Virus record (IMG/VR): IMGVR_UViG_3300030103_005513
Coordinates: 1-64,000 of that record
Source of the DNA: an uncultured virus (IMG/VR IMGVR_UViG_3300030103_005513)
Taxonomy: Duplodnaviria > Heunggongvirae > Uroviricota > Caudoviricetes
Strand: one strand, 5' to 3'
DNA length: 64,000 nt
The notes below the pieces were generated by a model. It was not told the origin of the DNA and did no database searches. It saw only the letters and a list, made by a program, of their open reading frames with translations. The position numbers were made by a program, and so were the translations under genes. Shown in pieces: positions 38,058-47,480 of the stretch. Numbering within the stretch: the first letter of the stretch is position 1; each line of letters starts with the position of its first letter.

Positions 38058-38677
38058 GATGTCAACATGCCAATAATCTTGTCTGCTATTTGTCTGTGAC
38101 CCTCTTCATCAGGGTGTCCCTTAGGTGCTTTAGATATCCATGGTTCATCAAAACAAAAGTCGAACTCAAGGTCTGATGACAATTTTCTACCTAATAAAAT
38201 CAATGGCACACCATATGCTTTGCAATGACTTTTGATTATAGTGTGATACATTTTTTCATTAGTTGAGAAAAACTCCTCACTATGAATCCTAAAATAACTT
38301 CTCCAAAAATCAGTATCTACCCCTCTATTTGAGAGCATATTTTCTAACCACCACTTGCTAGGTTGCTTAGAATCTCCTGTCTTACCATTAGAAGGCACCC
38401 AAACTCTCTGCCACCTTTTACCATTATGATATTCTGTTCTCCACTTAGGTGTCATTCCTATGATAGCGTAATCAAATTTAGATATATGTCTATCATTCAA
38501 TAATAATTGCCTTACAATACGGTGGTTTCCACATCCACCAGTTGATAAATTATGATCCTTTATACCAAAATGATCGCATATTAATCTTGAAAATCTAAGT
38601 CGTTCTCTGTCCTCCCAAACAGTGCCTAACTCAGCACCATTCACATCAGATCCACCATCAAAGTATATTCTCTTCAT
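38054..38677 (-). CDS. SGNH/GDSL-like hydrolase
   Basis: YFDGGSD, GCGNHRIVR, HPDEEGH; start taken at MKRIYF. Confidence 0.75.
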   Translation of the reverse strand: MKRIYFDGGSDVNGAELGTVWEDRERLRFSRLICDHFGIKDHNLSTGGCGNHRIVRQLLLNDRHISKFDYAIIGMTPKWRTEYHNGKRWQRVWVPSNGKTGDSKQPSKWWLENMLSNRGVDTDFWRSYFRIHSEEFFSTNEKMYHTIIKSHCKAYGVPLILLGRKLSSDLEFDFCFDEPWISKAPKGHPDEEGHRQIADKIIGMLTS

Positions 38678-39323
38678 CTGCTTCCTCTTTTGTTTTATAC
38701 GCCCACTCATCTGTATGACCTACAGACCACCACTTAGGTTCAGTTTCAACAGCATAGTTTTGTGTGCATACCTTGAAGTCTGGTGTTTTTAGATTATCAT
38801 TATTGACCAAACTATTATCAAAAAAGATGGTTCTATTGTTTGGTTGTGCAGCAAACTGACCATTATCTAATGCAATGACATTGAATGTCTTATGTTCTGG
38901 GTCATGCTCAGAAAAATTTACATCAAGCACGGATCTGTCTGGATGTGCAGTGTCTATTGTAAATTCATACTCACCAGGATGCATTTTCCTATCTTTACCA
39001 AAGAACTGACACCTACCTAACATAGGTTTTTGAATGACAGTTATATTATAATCAAAACAATCCCATAATTGAAGTACATCTAATGGTAGTTGATTATCTT
39101 TATCAAAGTCTTCTTTCCATACAAAAGCACTGATAGGTAATTTATCAAAGAGAGCACCATAGTCTGTCAGAAGGGTCTCAAAGTACAATGCCTTTGATTG
39201 TATGCTTCTAACTGAAATCCATAAACCTGGTGTCAATTCACCATGACCTTTTTGGTGGTCGTATAAAAATTCTTTCTTTACAAATACCTGCTGTAGAGGC
39301 AAAGGATGTACCAAATAAGACAT
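38658..39323 (-). CDS. Conserved phage hypothetical protein
   Basis: 221-aa ORF in operon; LQLWDCF, GQFAAQPNNR. Confidence 0.7.
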   Translation of the reverse strand: MSYLVHPLPLQQVFVKKEFLYDHQKGHGELTPGLWISVRSIQSKALYFETLLTDYGALFDKLPISAFVWKEDFDKDNQLPLDVLQLWDCFDYNITVIQKPMLGRCQFFGKDRKMHPGEYEFTIDTAHPDRSVLDVNFSEHDPEHKTFNVIALDNGQFAAQPNNRTIFFDNSLVNNDNLKTPDFKVCTQNYAVETEPKWWSVGHTDEWAYKTKEEADEENIL

Positions 39324-39649
39324 TACTTAAGATTTTTTTGAACTTGTTCGAGAGTTTGTTTCATGTTGGTGAAAATAGTTCCCATGTCTGCATCACCAAA
39401 ACCTAATTCTTTTGCATGGGAAACGATATAATCTTTCATCTTCTTTGCTTCTTTATCCTCTGATAAAGTAAGTCTTGTCCACATAATCTGTTGACGTTCA
39501 AGTAATTCTTTGACTGTATCAATATGATCAGACTTTGCCTCATTACTCATCATGGGGAACTTGAGTATGACATCATACAATTCTTTCTGGAGAGATGTAA
39601 TCTCATCCATCTCAGTCTTCACCTGATCTGATTCAAAAAACTTACTCAT
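39323..39649 (-). CDS. DUF1825-like protein
   Basis: FFESDQVKTEM..LLERQQIMWTRLTLS. Confidence 0.65.
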   Translation of the reverse strand: MSKFFESDQVKTEMDEITSLQKELYDVILKFPMMSNEAKSDHIDTVKELLERQQIMWTRLTLSEDKEAKKMKDYIVSHAKELGFGDADMGTIFTNMKQTLEQVQKNLK

Positions 39650-40244
39650 ATCTCTCCTTGATTTTACTCATAAGATACTGCCTATACTTGTCTTTGTCAA
39701 TATTTAGAAACGGTATATACTTCCTAATCTTCATACCAACAACTTTCCATACAGGATCTTTGAGTTGTCTATCATAGTCCTTACAATACCCAAAAAGTTT
39801 TTCATAAACACACATCTCCTCTGCACTTATATTACCTGCTAGATGTTCCTTGAGGATAGGGGGGTGACCATTTGATGCATCAAAAAATTCATCGTAAGAG
39901 TATTGATCTAAAAATTCTTCAGATTTTTGTTTGAAATGATAAAATAAACTTTCATTTCTTTTTTGCCACTCTTTATAAACAGTCTCACCAGACCTAATGA
40001 TATTACCTATCCATAATCCCTGTGGATTATCTGTGTCTACAAAGTTTGCAAGGAAAAAATTTTTAATCTCTGGATCTTTGTATTTTCTAGACATCTTTTC
40101 AAAAAAATATCTATCTTTTCTTTTGTAGAAAGAATCTATCTTTGCTCTAGACTTACCACCATATCTTTGGTAGTCATACTTTTCCTTAGTAAAGTGATTC
40201 TTATACGCAAGGTACTCTTTGTAAGTATCAAACGGTGACAACAC
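39642..40244 (-). CDS. gp59: Helicase loader gp59-like
   Basis: YLAYKNHFT..YDY..RKDRYFFEK..KYIPFL; between gp32 and gp33. Confidence 0.8.
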   Translation of the reverse strand: MLSPFDTYKEYLAYKNHFTKEKYDYQRYGGKSRAKIDSFYKRKDRYFFEKMSRKYKDPEIKNFFLANFVDTDNPQGLWIGNIIRSGETVYKEWQKRNESLFYHFKQKSEEFLDQYSYDEFFDASNGHPPILKEHLAGNISAEEMCVYEKLFGYCKDYDRQLKDPVWKVVGMKIRKYIPFLNIDKDKYRQYLMSKIKERYE

Positions 40245-41190
40245 TCTTGACTCCTTTTAGTTGTTTAATTGCCCTATACCACTTAGGATCGGACGGACAC
40301 TTGTTACAGATCTCATGTGGATTGAGAACCTGATCTGCCATTGCATAGAGTTCTTCTATGGGTGCATCTACAGGGGTGGCATAGTAATTTAGATACTTTT
40401 GCCACACTGGATCGTCAACCTGACCTGTAGAGACAAGAGTCTCTCGTAGGTACGCTATGCTAGGACATTTCCATAGTCTCCCTAAGTATAACTGAAGATT
40501 AGGTGCAGTGCAATACTCAAAAGATTTATCTATGTTGTTGTCCTCCCATGGATAGAACTTATTATCTTTCCATTGTAGCAGATCAAACCACAAATCGTCC
40601 CAGTTTTCTGAGATCTCTAATAAATTCATATCAACTCCTTCTTTCTTTGCTACCTCTATAAAGTCTCTAACATTCTTATATGTGATGTCACCTCTTTTAT
40701 CAGTCCTTCCGATCCTAGGATCTGATGGTGGTATGTGTAGACTTATACGAAAGATACCGCCCTCTTTCATGTGCTGCAGAATCCAATCAGTATTCTGTGG
40801 TATCAACAACCCATTAGAAAATATTTTTACATACACACCGTCACTCATATCTCTTATCAATTTTAAAACTTCCTTTGTTCTTGGTTCAATCAATGCCTCA
40901 CCGCCAAGCACACTTATATGACTCCACACATAGATTCTTGGTAGTAGTATCTCTATATCTCTTAGTAAATTATCAATTGGAAGTGAACTGCCTGGTGAGA
41001 GCACACCACTATGATGATTACAACCTTTACATGCCATGTTACAACCATTATGTGAGTGTATACTTAGCATCCTAAAGGTAGGTTTATCTGATTTTATCTG
41101 TGGTTCTGGTTGAAAGTTTTCATGGTAGTATCTTTTAAATTGCCTACGGGGAGACCATACGTGCTTCTTATCTCTTTTCCTCTCTGTCAT
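40228..41190 (-). CDS. Radical SAM protein
   Basis: CNMACKGC, LGGEA, FSNG, C-terminal Cys (LWKC..ICNKC). Confidence 0.9.
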   Translation of the reverse strand: MTERKRDKKHVWSPRRQFKRYYHENFQPEPQIKSDKPTFRMLSIHSHNGCNMACKGCNHHSGVLSPGSSLPIDNLLRDIEILLPRIYVWSHISVLGGEALIEPRTKEVLKLIRDMSDGVYVKIFSNGLLIPQNTDWILQHMKEGGIFRISLHIPPSDPRIGRTDKRGDITYKNVRDFIEVAKKEGVDMNLLEISENWDDLWFDLLQWKDNKFYPWEDNNIDKSFEYCTAPNLQLYLGRLWKCPSIAYLRETLVSTGQVDDPVWQKYLNYYATPVDAPIEELYAMADQVLNPHEICNKCPSDPKWYRAIKQLKGVKSVVTV

Positions 41191-42200
41191 ACCGTTCGTT
41201 TTAGACTAGGATCAAGTTGTTTATTGGCATGATACCATTTAGGATTTGCTGGACACATATTACATATCCATGTGGGTTTGTCTACCTCCTCCAGTGCCAA
41301 CCTAATATCTTCTTGAGGTTTATATGCAAGATACTTCTGCCAGCACTCATCCTCAAGTTGACCACTCGCCTTTAGTGATTCATAGAGATATGCTATCATA
41401 GAGCACTTCCAAAGTTTGCCTTTATATAACTGAGCGTTTGGACATGAGCATATCTTAAATGACTCTGCTGGTTGTTCATCCTCCCATGGATAGTAAGTTA
41501 TTCTATCATTCTTTATATCATATCTAAACAAATCAAACCATTCACGCTTATCACCATTTGGATATCTTGATGCCTCAGTCATCTCTAATTTATTAGACAC
41601 TCCTCTCTCCTCACACTCTTTTATAAAATCATATGCAGTCTCCCACTCTCTTCTTCCTATATTACTATACCAAGTACGATGGAAGGTCAGTCTGAAGATA
41701 ACACCCTGCTCCATCTCATCTATGATCCAGTCTTTACATTGCTTCAAACGGGATCCATTACTGAATAGTTTGACATAGCATGGTTGACCTGTCTCTTTTA
41801 CTAATTCTCTTACTACCTTTGTCACTTCCCTTGTACGTGGTTCGAGTAATGGTTCACCACCTATGATACTGACATGACTCCACACATAGATCTGTGGCAA
41901 TACATTCCTGACATCCTCTAGTAGTTCATCTATGTCAACCACACTCTTGGTGGATAGTAAACTACTATTATGGTTGCAACCCTTACAAGAAAGATTACAA
42001 CCATTGATTGTGTGGAGACACAGTATTCTAGTGGTAGGTCTTATTTTTTGTAGTTCCTCTATCTCTTTCTTTGATACGTCCTTGAAATTATCAATCCAAA
42101 ATCCTTTGTGCGATCTTACATACTCTACCTTTTTAGATAACACATCCAATCCATCACGTATGAACGCTGATGCAATCTTCAGTTCTTTCCTAGGGTGCAT
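41187..42200 (-). CDS. Radical SAM protein
   Basis: CNLSCKGC, IGGEP, FSNG, C-terminal Cys (LWKC..ICNMC). Confidence 0.9.
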   Translation of the reverse strand: MHPRKELKIASAFIRDGLDVLSKKVEYVRSHKGFWIDNFKDVSKKEIEELQKIRPTTRILCLHTINGCNLSCKGCNHNSSLLSTKSVVDIDELLEDVRNVLPQIYVWSHVSIIGGEPLLEPRTREVTKVVRELVKETGQPCYVKLFSNGSRLKQCKDWIIDEMEQGVIFRLTFHRTWYSNIGRREWETAYDFIKECEERGVSNKLEMTEASRYPNGDKREWFDLFRYDIKNDRITYYPWEDEQPAESFKICSCPNAQLYKGKLWKCSMIAYLYESLKASGQLEDECWQKYLAYKPQEDIRLALEEVDKPTWICNMCPANPKWYHANKQLDPSLKRTV

Positions 42201-42466
42201 TAGATAGCAAGGAACTTCGCCCTTGATGTTCTCTTCAAATAATTTAGGTTCATTGCGTTACCTTTTAACTTCTCTTTCATTGGTTTCGTAATCAGTTTTG
42301 ATACTGATTCAATTTCAATACTATTCTGCTCACAATAATGACAGATTGCCTCAATGTAATTCATATCAAGATTATTTTGAACTAAATTTTCTATGTCATT
42401 AGTAAATTTATCTTGACATAAAAACTTGTTCTTTAGAACTGCTCTCATTTCATTTTTGGTTGCCAT
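42200..42466 (-). CDS. gp33: Late transcription coactivator gp33
   Basis: YIEAICHYCE..IEIESVSKLI..KEKL..LNYLK. Confidence 0.85.
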   Translation of the reverse strand: MATKNEMRAVLKNKFLCQDKFTNDIENLVQNNLDMNYIEAICHYCEQNSIEIESVSKLITKPMKEKLKGNAMNLNYLKRTSRAKFLAI

Positions 42467-43115
42467 TTAATTTGTCCTCCACAAATTTTTCGATGTACTT
42501 GACTAATAATCTCATATATTTCATTTTATCATACTCTTCGTAAACCGTCACCTCTCCATTCTCACACGTCATGAGAATGACAAGTTTCTTTACAGGTATG
42601 TTTGTAATCTCGTAGAACATACAAGCATATGCTGCTGCTTGTACAAAGTAATTCTCTATCCACTCTCTCGGTTTAGGTTTCGCAGCAGTTTTGAAATCAA
42701 TGATTGACAGTTCACCATTGTACTCTGCTATGCAATCAACAGTTCCAGCAACACCTAATTCGTTACTGTATAAACTTTTTTCTAAAGCGTAAATATTATT
42801 TATATTTTGTAACACTTTTTTAGATTGAAGAAATAATATCTTACTGCTAGGGTTGTCTAACACCACCTCTTGATTGAGTAGATGATTCTCTATCAAGGTA
42901 TGTACCTTGGTTCCTCTAGACGTTGCTCTCTTTGTAATTCTATCTGCCTCTTCGTCGCCTACTCTCTTCCTCCAGTCAACAAAGATGTGTTTATTAAAAT
43001 GAGAAGTGACCGAGGTGATGGACACCATCGGTCTATCATTCACATTGTAGTATCTTACTCCGTCAATAGACTTCCTACTCAGAGTAGGAAGGTCACATTC
43101 TACATGATTGTACAT
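42450..43115 (-). CDS. PD-(D/E)XK exonuclease
   Basis: SITSV, RGTKVH, AGTVDC, IIDFKT, QAAAY. Confidence 0.85.
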   Translation of the reverse strand: MYNHVECDLPTLSRKSIDGVRYYNVNDRPMVSITSVTSHFNKHIFVDWRKRVGDEEADRITKRATSRGTKVHTLIENHLLNQEVVLDNPSSKILFLQSKKVLQNINNIYALEKSLYSNELGVAGTVDCIAEYNGELSIIDFKTAAKPKPREWIENYFVQAAAYACMFYEITNIPVKKLVILMTCENGEVTVYEEYDKMKYMRLLVKYIEKFVEDKLNGNQK

Positions 43116-43867
43116 TACATACCTAGTTCTATTTTCGAGGTGATGTAACTCTTGACCAGACCAGACCTAACAATATCATCAAGACCAAATTCAATTAAAT
43201 CGAACTCAGGCATGCGAGTGATGATCCTTTGAAAATCTAGGATACCATTCTTCTCGTTTGTCCTTATCAAATCAGTTTGTGCAACGTCACCACAGAACAT
43301 TATCTTGGTGTCTTCACCTACTCTTGTTATTATACTATCTAACTCATGAAAATTCAAGTTTTGTGACTCATCCACAATAACTATAGAATTATCAAGTGTG
43401 GTGCCTCTGATAAATGAGGTAGACCAGAAGGTCACACTCTCCTGTGCCTTGAGATTGCCCCACAACATTTCAAATTCATTGTCAGTAGGCAACTCAAACA
43501 TATACTTGACCATATTCTTATATGGTATCTGGTACAGTGCTGATTTGTCCTCATGGTCACCAGGCAAGAAACCTATCTCTCTTGTGGACACCAGTGATCT
43601 TACCAAGACTACCTTTTGATATGGTGTAAGAGGATCGAGAACCTCCTTGAGTGCTTGGAATAATGTTATGAAAGTTTTACCCGTGCCTGCAGCACCATAA
43701 AGAAATAAGTTTTTACCTTCATTGTATGAGGCAAAAGCGTGTTTCTGATTAGGTGTGATAGGTTGGACATCAACCATGATGTCAGAATTATATGGTTTCT
43801 TTCTCTTCATTTGCTTCGCAGTCATACCAGCTCCGACGCTGATCGACATTTTCTTTTTACGTGGCAT
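43115..43867 (-). CDS. phoH: PhoH family ATPase
   Basis: GAAGTGKT, IGFLPG, RGTTL, DESQN, GDVAQTD, DIVRSG. Confidence 0.95.
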   Translation of the reverse strand: MPRKKKMSISVGAGMTAKQMKRKKPYNSDIMVDVQPITPNQKHAFASYNEGKNLFLYGAAGTGKTFITLFQALKEVLDPLTPYQKVVLVRSLVSTREIGFLPGDHEDKSALYQIPYKNMVKYMFELPTDNEFEMLWGNLKAQESVTFWSTSFIRGTTLDNSIVIVDESQNLNFHELDSIITRVGEDTKIMFCGDVAQTDLIRTNEKNGILDFQRIITRMPEFDLIEFGLDDIVRSGLVKSYITSKIELGM

Positions 43868-43868
43868 G

Positions 43869-44120
43869 TTAGAAGTGTGTAGTTTTTTGTGGTTTGACTT
43901 TTGAACCTGGCACTTGTGCTACTTTTGATAGCACCTCGTTCCATCCACCATCTGTCCTACTATACACGTCACCCGTGGCACTTACCACACCTCCTGATCC
44001 CTTAGACCAATCTTTATCCCAGTCAGGATTGTTTTCTCTAAATTGATCATATTCTTTCATGGACATCATGAGTTCTTTAGTCTCACCTGTCTTCAAGTTC
44101 TTTATTGGGTATGTCGGCAT
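43869..44120 (-). CDS. Small FmdB-like/hypothetical protein
   Basis: MPTYP..TGE N-terminus; late promoter CTAAATA at 44139-44145. Confidence 0.65.
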   Translation of the reverse strand: MPTYPIKNLKTGETKELMMSMKEYDQFRENNPDWDKDWSKGSGGVVSATGDVYSRTDGGWNEVLSKVAQVPGSKVKPQKTTHF

Positions 44121-44940
44121 GTGTTTTAGCGAGTGATTTATTTAGTGTTGCAAGATAAGCAGCACCTATAGAGGTACCACCATCGTGAGCAATAGGCATG
44201 ACCCTCATGCGAACGTCAAGTTCCCTCTGTAGCTTATAGTTTACCACACAATTGAGAAAACATCCACCAGATAAAACAAGGTTACGATCTTTATACATTC
44301 TACACAATTCAAGTGCTCTTTTCTCCCATGCTTGCTGTACATAGTATGCTTCATGTTTGCCATGTGCTGCTAGTCCCATGACCTTACCTGCATCATCTTT
44401 ATGGAAACCATAATTGACACAGACAAACTCAAACTCTTTACCAATTCCTTGATCATCAGGTGACCAATACTTCTTGTGTAGCACCTGCCAAGATGGGATA
44501 TCAAATATTGTTTCTATCTCTATGCCATCATCTGTCTTTGATCCATTAGAGTCTACCACTATTGCAATAGCATCATCATAACCTGAGTTATAAAATGCTG
44601 AAGCAGCATGACACTTATGGTGTTCTAATCTATAATCAAATACCTCTGCGTCAGGGAACCTACTCCTCACTACGTTCAAATCGAGTGCAGATATAAGTTT
44701 TTTTGAATCTTCTGACCAATCAGAGTCACATATTGCAACTGCATCTATATCATCAACATATTTTATCAATGATCTTACAGCATGATCTCTTTTCTTTCTA
44801 GTAATTCTTTCCGACTCAAGGTAAAAATCTAATACACCATCTCTCATTACACAGACTGAACCATTATTTGATAGGTTCAACCCTAGGACTGAAAATTTTG
44901 CGGAGATTTTTTTTCCAGATTTATGTAATTGAAAAGTCAT
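44083..44940 (-). CDS. Carbamoyltransferase N-terminal (Kae1-like) domain protein
   Basis: ERITRKK, HHKCHA, GKVMGLA, LSGGCFLNC, DGGTSIGAA. Confidence 0.85.
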   Translation of the reverse strand: MTFQLHKSGKKISAKFSVLGLNLSNNGSVCVMRDGVLDFYLESERITRKKRDHAVRSLIKYVDDIDAVAICDSDWSEDSKKLISALDLNVVRSRFPDAEVFDYRLEHHKCHAASAFYNSGYDDAIAIVVDSNGSKTDDGIEIETIFDIPSWQVLHKKYWSPDDQGIGKEFEFVCVNYGFHKDDAGKVMGLAAHGKHEAYYVQQAWEKRALELCRMYKDRNLVLSGGCFLNCVVNYKLQRELDVRMRVMPIAHDGGTSIGAAYLATLNKSLAKTHADIPNKELEDR

Positions 44941-45536
44941 TTTCCCCTGAGTTTTTGCACCTCTGGAAAATACAAGTAGTCTATTGCACTTGATTCAAAT
45001 GTATCTATGGCATCCTCTGGTGTCTCTACTAGAGGTTCACCTGACATATTAAAAGATGTATTGAATAATAGAGGAGTTTTTGTCAGTTGATAGAAAGAAT
45101 CTATCAAGGTAAAGTAGTTTTTGTTATCTTGAATACTTACTGTCTGTATTCTACATGTCTTATCGACGTGTAAGACAGCAGGTATCTTATCATAAGCATG
45201 AGGTTGTGCATCAACAGCATACATCATGAAAGGTGATTCGGTAAGACCACCCATGTCAAACCAATTGTGTGCATGATGTAATAGTACACTACAAGCAAAT
45301 GGTCTAAAGGGTTCTCTATTTTTCACCATATTCAATCTATCCTTACCGTATGGATCTCTTGGATCATATAAGATAGAACGATTTCCCAATGCCCTTGGTC
45401 CTGCTTCTGATCTTCCTTGAAATATTGCAACAATTTTTTGTTGCTCCAAAAGTTTTGCAACGTCCATAGAACATACTATGTCACCTTCAATATTTGATAG
45501 ATCGTACTCAGGACCTAGGTATAGGGATTCAATCAT
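44937..45536 (-). CDS. Carbamoyltransferase C-terminal (YrdC-like) domain protein
   Basis: GRSEAGPRALGNRSIL, KNREPFRPFA, HVDKTCRIQTV, NTSFN; start taken at MIESLY. Confidence 0.9.
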   Translation of the reverse strand: MIESLYLGPEYDLSNIEGDIVCSMDVAKLLEQQKIVAIFQGRSEAGPRALGNRSILYDPRDPYGKDRLNMVKNREPFRPFACSVLLHHAHNWFDMGGLTESPFMMYAVDAQPHAYDKIPAVLHVDKTCRIQTVSIQDNKNYFTLIDSFYQLTKTPLLFNTSFNMSGEPLVETPEDAIDTFESSAIDYLYFPEVQKLRGK

Positions 45537-45873
45537 TATGATGATGTTGTGGATAGTCTTGCTCTTGTGCTCTCTGTGACATGATTGGTCTTTCACCACC
45601 ACCTTCATGCCCATGAGCGATACCAAGTTCATGCATTTTAGCATGCTCTTTGATCTCATCTCTCAATCCTTCACCACCTTTACCAAAGGTTTTGTATATA
45701 CCATAGATGATAAGAGCAAAGACAACGAGTGCTACGAAAACTAAGAACCCTGTCTCAGGTTCAAGTTCGAGGTGAGGTATAAGTGTCTCTTGACATCTCT
45801 TAATCTTCTCTGGATCATCCCATGTACCAGGTAATGTGTACACGGGAGGGCATGCTGCAAATAATTTTACCAT
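45529..45873 (-). CDS. Hypothetical membrane protein with His-rich tail
   Basis: FLVFVALVVFALIIYGIY segment. Confidence 0.65.
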   Translation of the reverse strand: MVKLFAACPPVYTLPGTWDDPEKIKRCQETLIPHLELEPETGFLVFVALVVFALIIYGIYKTFGKGGEGLRDEIKEHAKMHELGIAHGHEGGGERPIMSQRAQEQDYPQHHHND

Positions 45874-46028
45874 GTTTTAGAATGTGTGTTTACTTCAACG
45901 GGATTGTCACTTTCAATGTGATTGTGATCGATTGTATCTATGTGAGCATGCTCTATGTTCAAGTGCTCTAGTGCTTGTGCAATTCTTTCAAGTGCATTAG
46001 CGATACGATTTGTGTCAATGGGATTCAT
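45867..46028 (-). CDS. Small His-rich hypothetical protein (53 aa, absent from the ORF track)
   Basis: MNPIDTNRIANALERIAQALEHLNIEHAHIDTIDHNH..; fills the gap and overlaps both neighbours. Confidence 0.65.
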   Translation of the reverse strand: MNPIDTNRIANALERIAQALEHLNIEHAHIDTIDHNHIESDNPVEVNTHSKTW

Positions 46029-46528
46029 AATATCCAAGTGGGTTTACGAGATGGGTCACGCAAATAATTGTTTGCAACCCAAGGTTTAGATGCAATGTAA
46101 CGTTTGTAGGCAGTGAAGATGTCAATACTGGTGTCGTATTTGAATTCATCAGGACCTGCAAATGCAAATTCTGTAGGATCAGATTCTTGCAAAGGAAATA
46201 TGTGTGTGCAGTGTGCAATAGTTGAATGACAACTGTGTTTCTTACCGTATCTGTGTGTATATTCATTACACAAAGCAAGACCATGCAGTATCAACCATGT
46301 CCAATGCGTCTGTGCCCATACAGTACAGGGATGATTACGAAATGCACCCTTCTCTGTTTTGTATGGTGTACCATCTAACTTAGGTAGTGTGCCAAAGTTG
46401 TGACCCCATTTATCAGATGCAACGATGGCAAGCATCTGACATGTTTCCAATGGCATCTTGACAATGTGCTTGTCGGGCAGACATTGTGCAGATATGTTTG
46501 GATTTGGGTCAGTGACAAAAATGTTCAT
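46025..46528 (-). CDS. Pyrimidine-dimer DNA glycosylase (DenV)-like protein
   Basis: MNIFV..DKHIVKMPLETCQML..NHPCTVW..EYTHRYGKKH. Confidence 0.75.
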   Translation of the reverse strand: MNIFVTDPNPNISAQCLPDKHIVKMPLETCQMLAIVASDKWGHNFGTLPKLDGTPYKTEKGAFRNHPCTVWAQTHWTWLILHGLALCNEYTHRYGKKHSCHSTIAHCTHIFPLQESDPTEFAFAGPDEFKYDTSIDIFTAYKRYIASKPWVANNYLRDPSRKPTWIL

Positions 46529-47480
46529 AATATTCAAGCAATGCTGAACCGATTGCAAGACCACCATCATATGCGATAGGGTCTACATACAGATTTACAT
46601 CTGTACTCTTCAGTATAGTGTAATTTGCCACACAATTCAAGAAAAAACCACCAGAAACACATATATTTTTTTTATTTGTAAGTTCTTGTGCTTTTTTTAC
46701 CATGTATATCGCATGCTTCTCTGCCGATTTTTGTAATCTAAGAGCAAGATCTGCCTCAAGTAAGGGTGCACCTGTGTACTTTGTGCTATTACCTTCTGGA
46801 CTGAACTCTGTGCTGCATAGACTATGACCATACTCTTCAATGAATAAGTCAGCAGGTGTAGCAGGGTGACCATATGCGGACAGACCCATTGTCTTACCTG
46901 CCTCTATCTCATCAAACCCACAGTAACGTGACACTCTTCTGAATGCTTGACCAACACTTGTTCGATTGCTGTACATGTTACCATCTCTCCAATGAGGTTC
47001 ACCCTCTAACACACTCTCCTTCTCACAATAGAAGGTAGAGTAATGTTTAAATACTGGAGTTAGATTATCAAATATACTTTCCGTCTCACAATATCCTTCA
47101 TACCATGACCCCTTACCATCCATCACCAGTACAGCAGCGTCATCAAAAGGTGAGTTGTATAATGCATTTGCTGCATGACATTCGTGATGTCTATTCCTAT
47201 AGTCTACAAAACGTACACCCCTATCTCGTGCAATTTTGAGAATGATATTTTTTGCTGCTGTTCTTTCTTTATGGGTTCTCTTATTATATCTTGTAAAACA
47301 ATCACATATGGTAATAACATCCACACTAGAATCAATATACTTATCGGCAAGAGTCTTCGCACTGACATCTCTTTTGACTCTTGAGACACGTTCCTCCTCC
47401 AAATATAATTTTATTTTACCATCTTCAATGATGGCAAGTGATCCATTTTTTGCTAAATTTATTCCGACAATTTTTGCCAT
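46509..47480 (-). CDS. Second carbamoyltransferase N-terminal (Kae1-like) domain protein
   Basis: EEERVSRVK, HHECHA, MDGKG, GKTMGLS, SGGFFLNC, DGGLAIG. Confidence 0.85.
   Translation of the reverse strand: MAKIVGINLAKNGSLAIIEDGKIKLYLEEERVSRVKRDVSAKTLADKYIDSSVDVITICDCFTRYNKRTHKERTAAKNIILKIARDRGVRFVDYRNRHHECHAANALYNSPFDDAAVLVMDGKGSWYEGYCETESIFDNLTPVFKHYSTFYCEKESVLEGEPHWRDGNMYSNRTSVGQAFRRVSRYCGFDEIEAGKTMGLSAYGHPATPADLFIEEYGHSLCSTEFSPEGNSTKYTGAPLLEADLALRLQKSAEKHAIYMVKKAQELTNKKNICVSGGFFLNCVANYTILKSTDVNLYVDPIAYDGGLAIGSALLEYYEHFCH

Noticed and set aside
42450..43115. Cas4/CRISPR association of the exonuclease
   Set aside because: No Fe-S cysteine set or array; ordinary T4-like cyanophage exonuclease next to phoH
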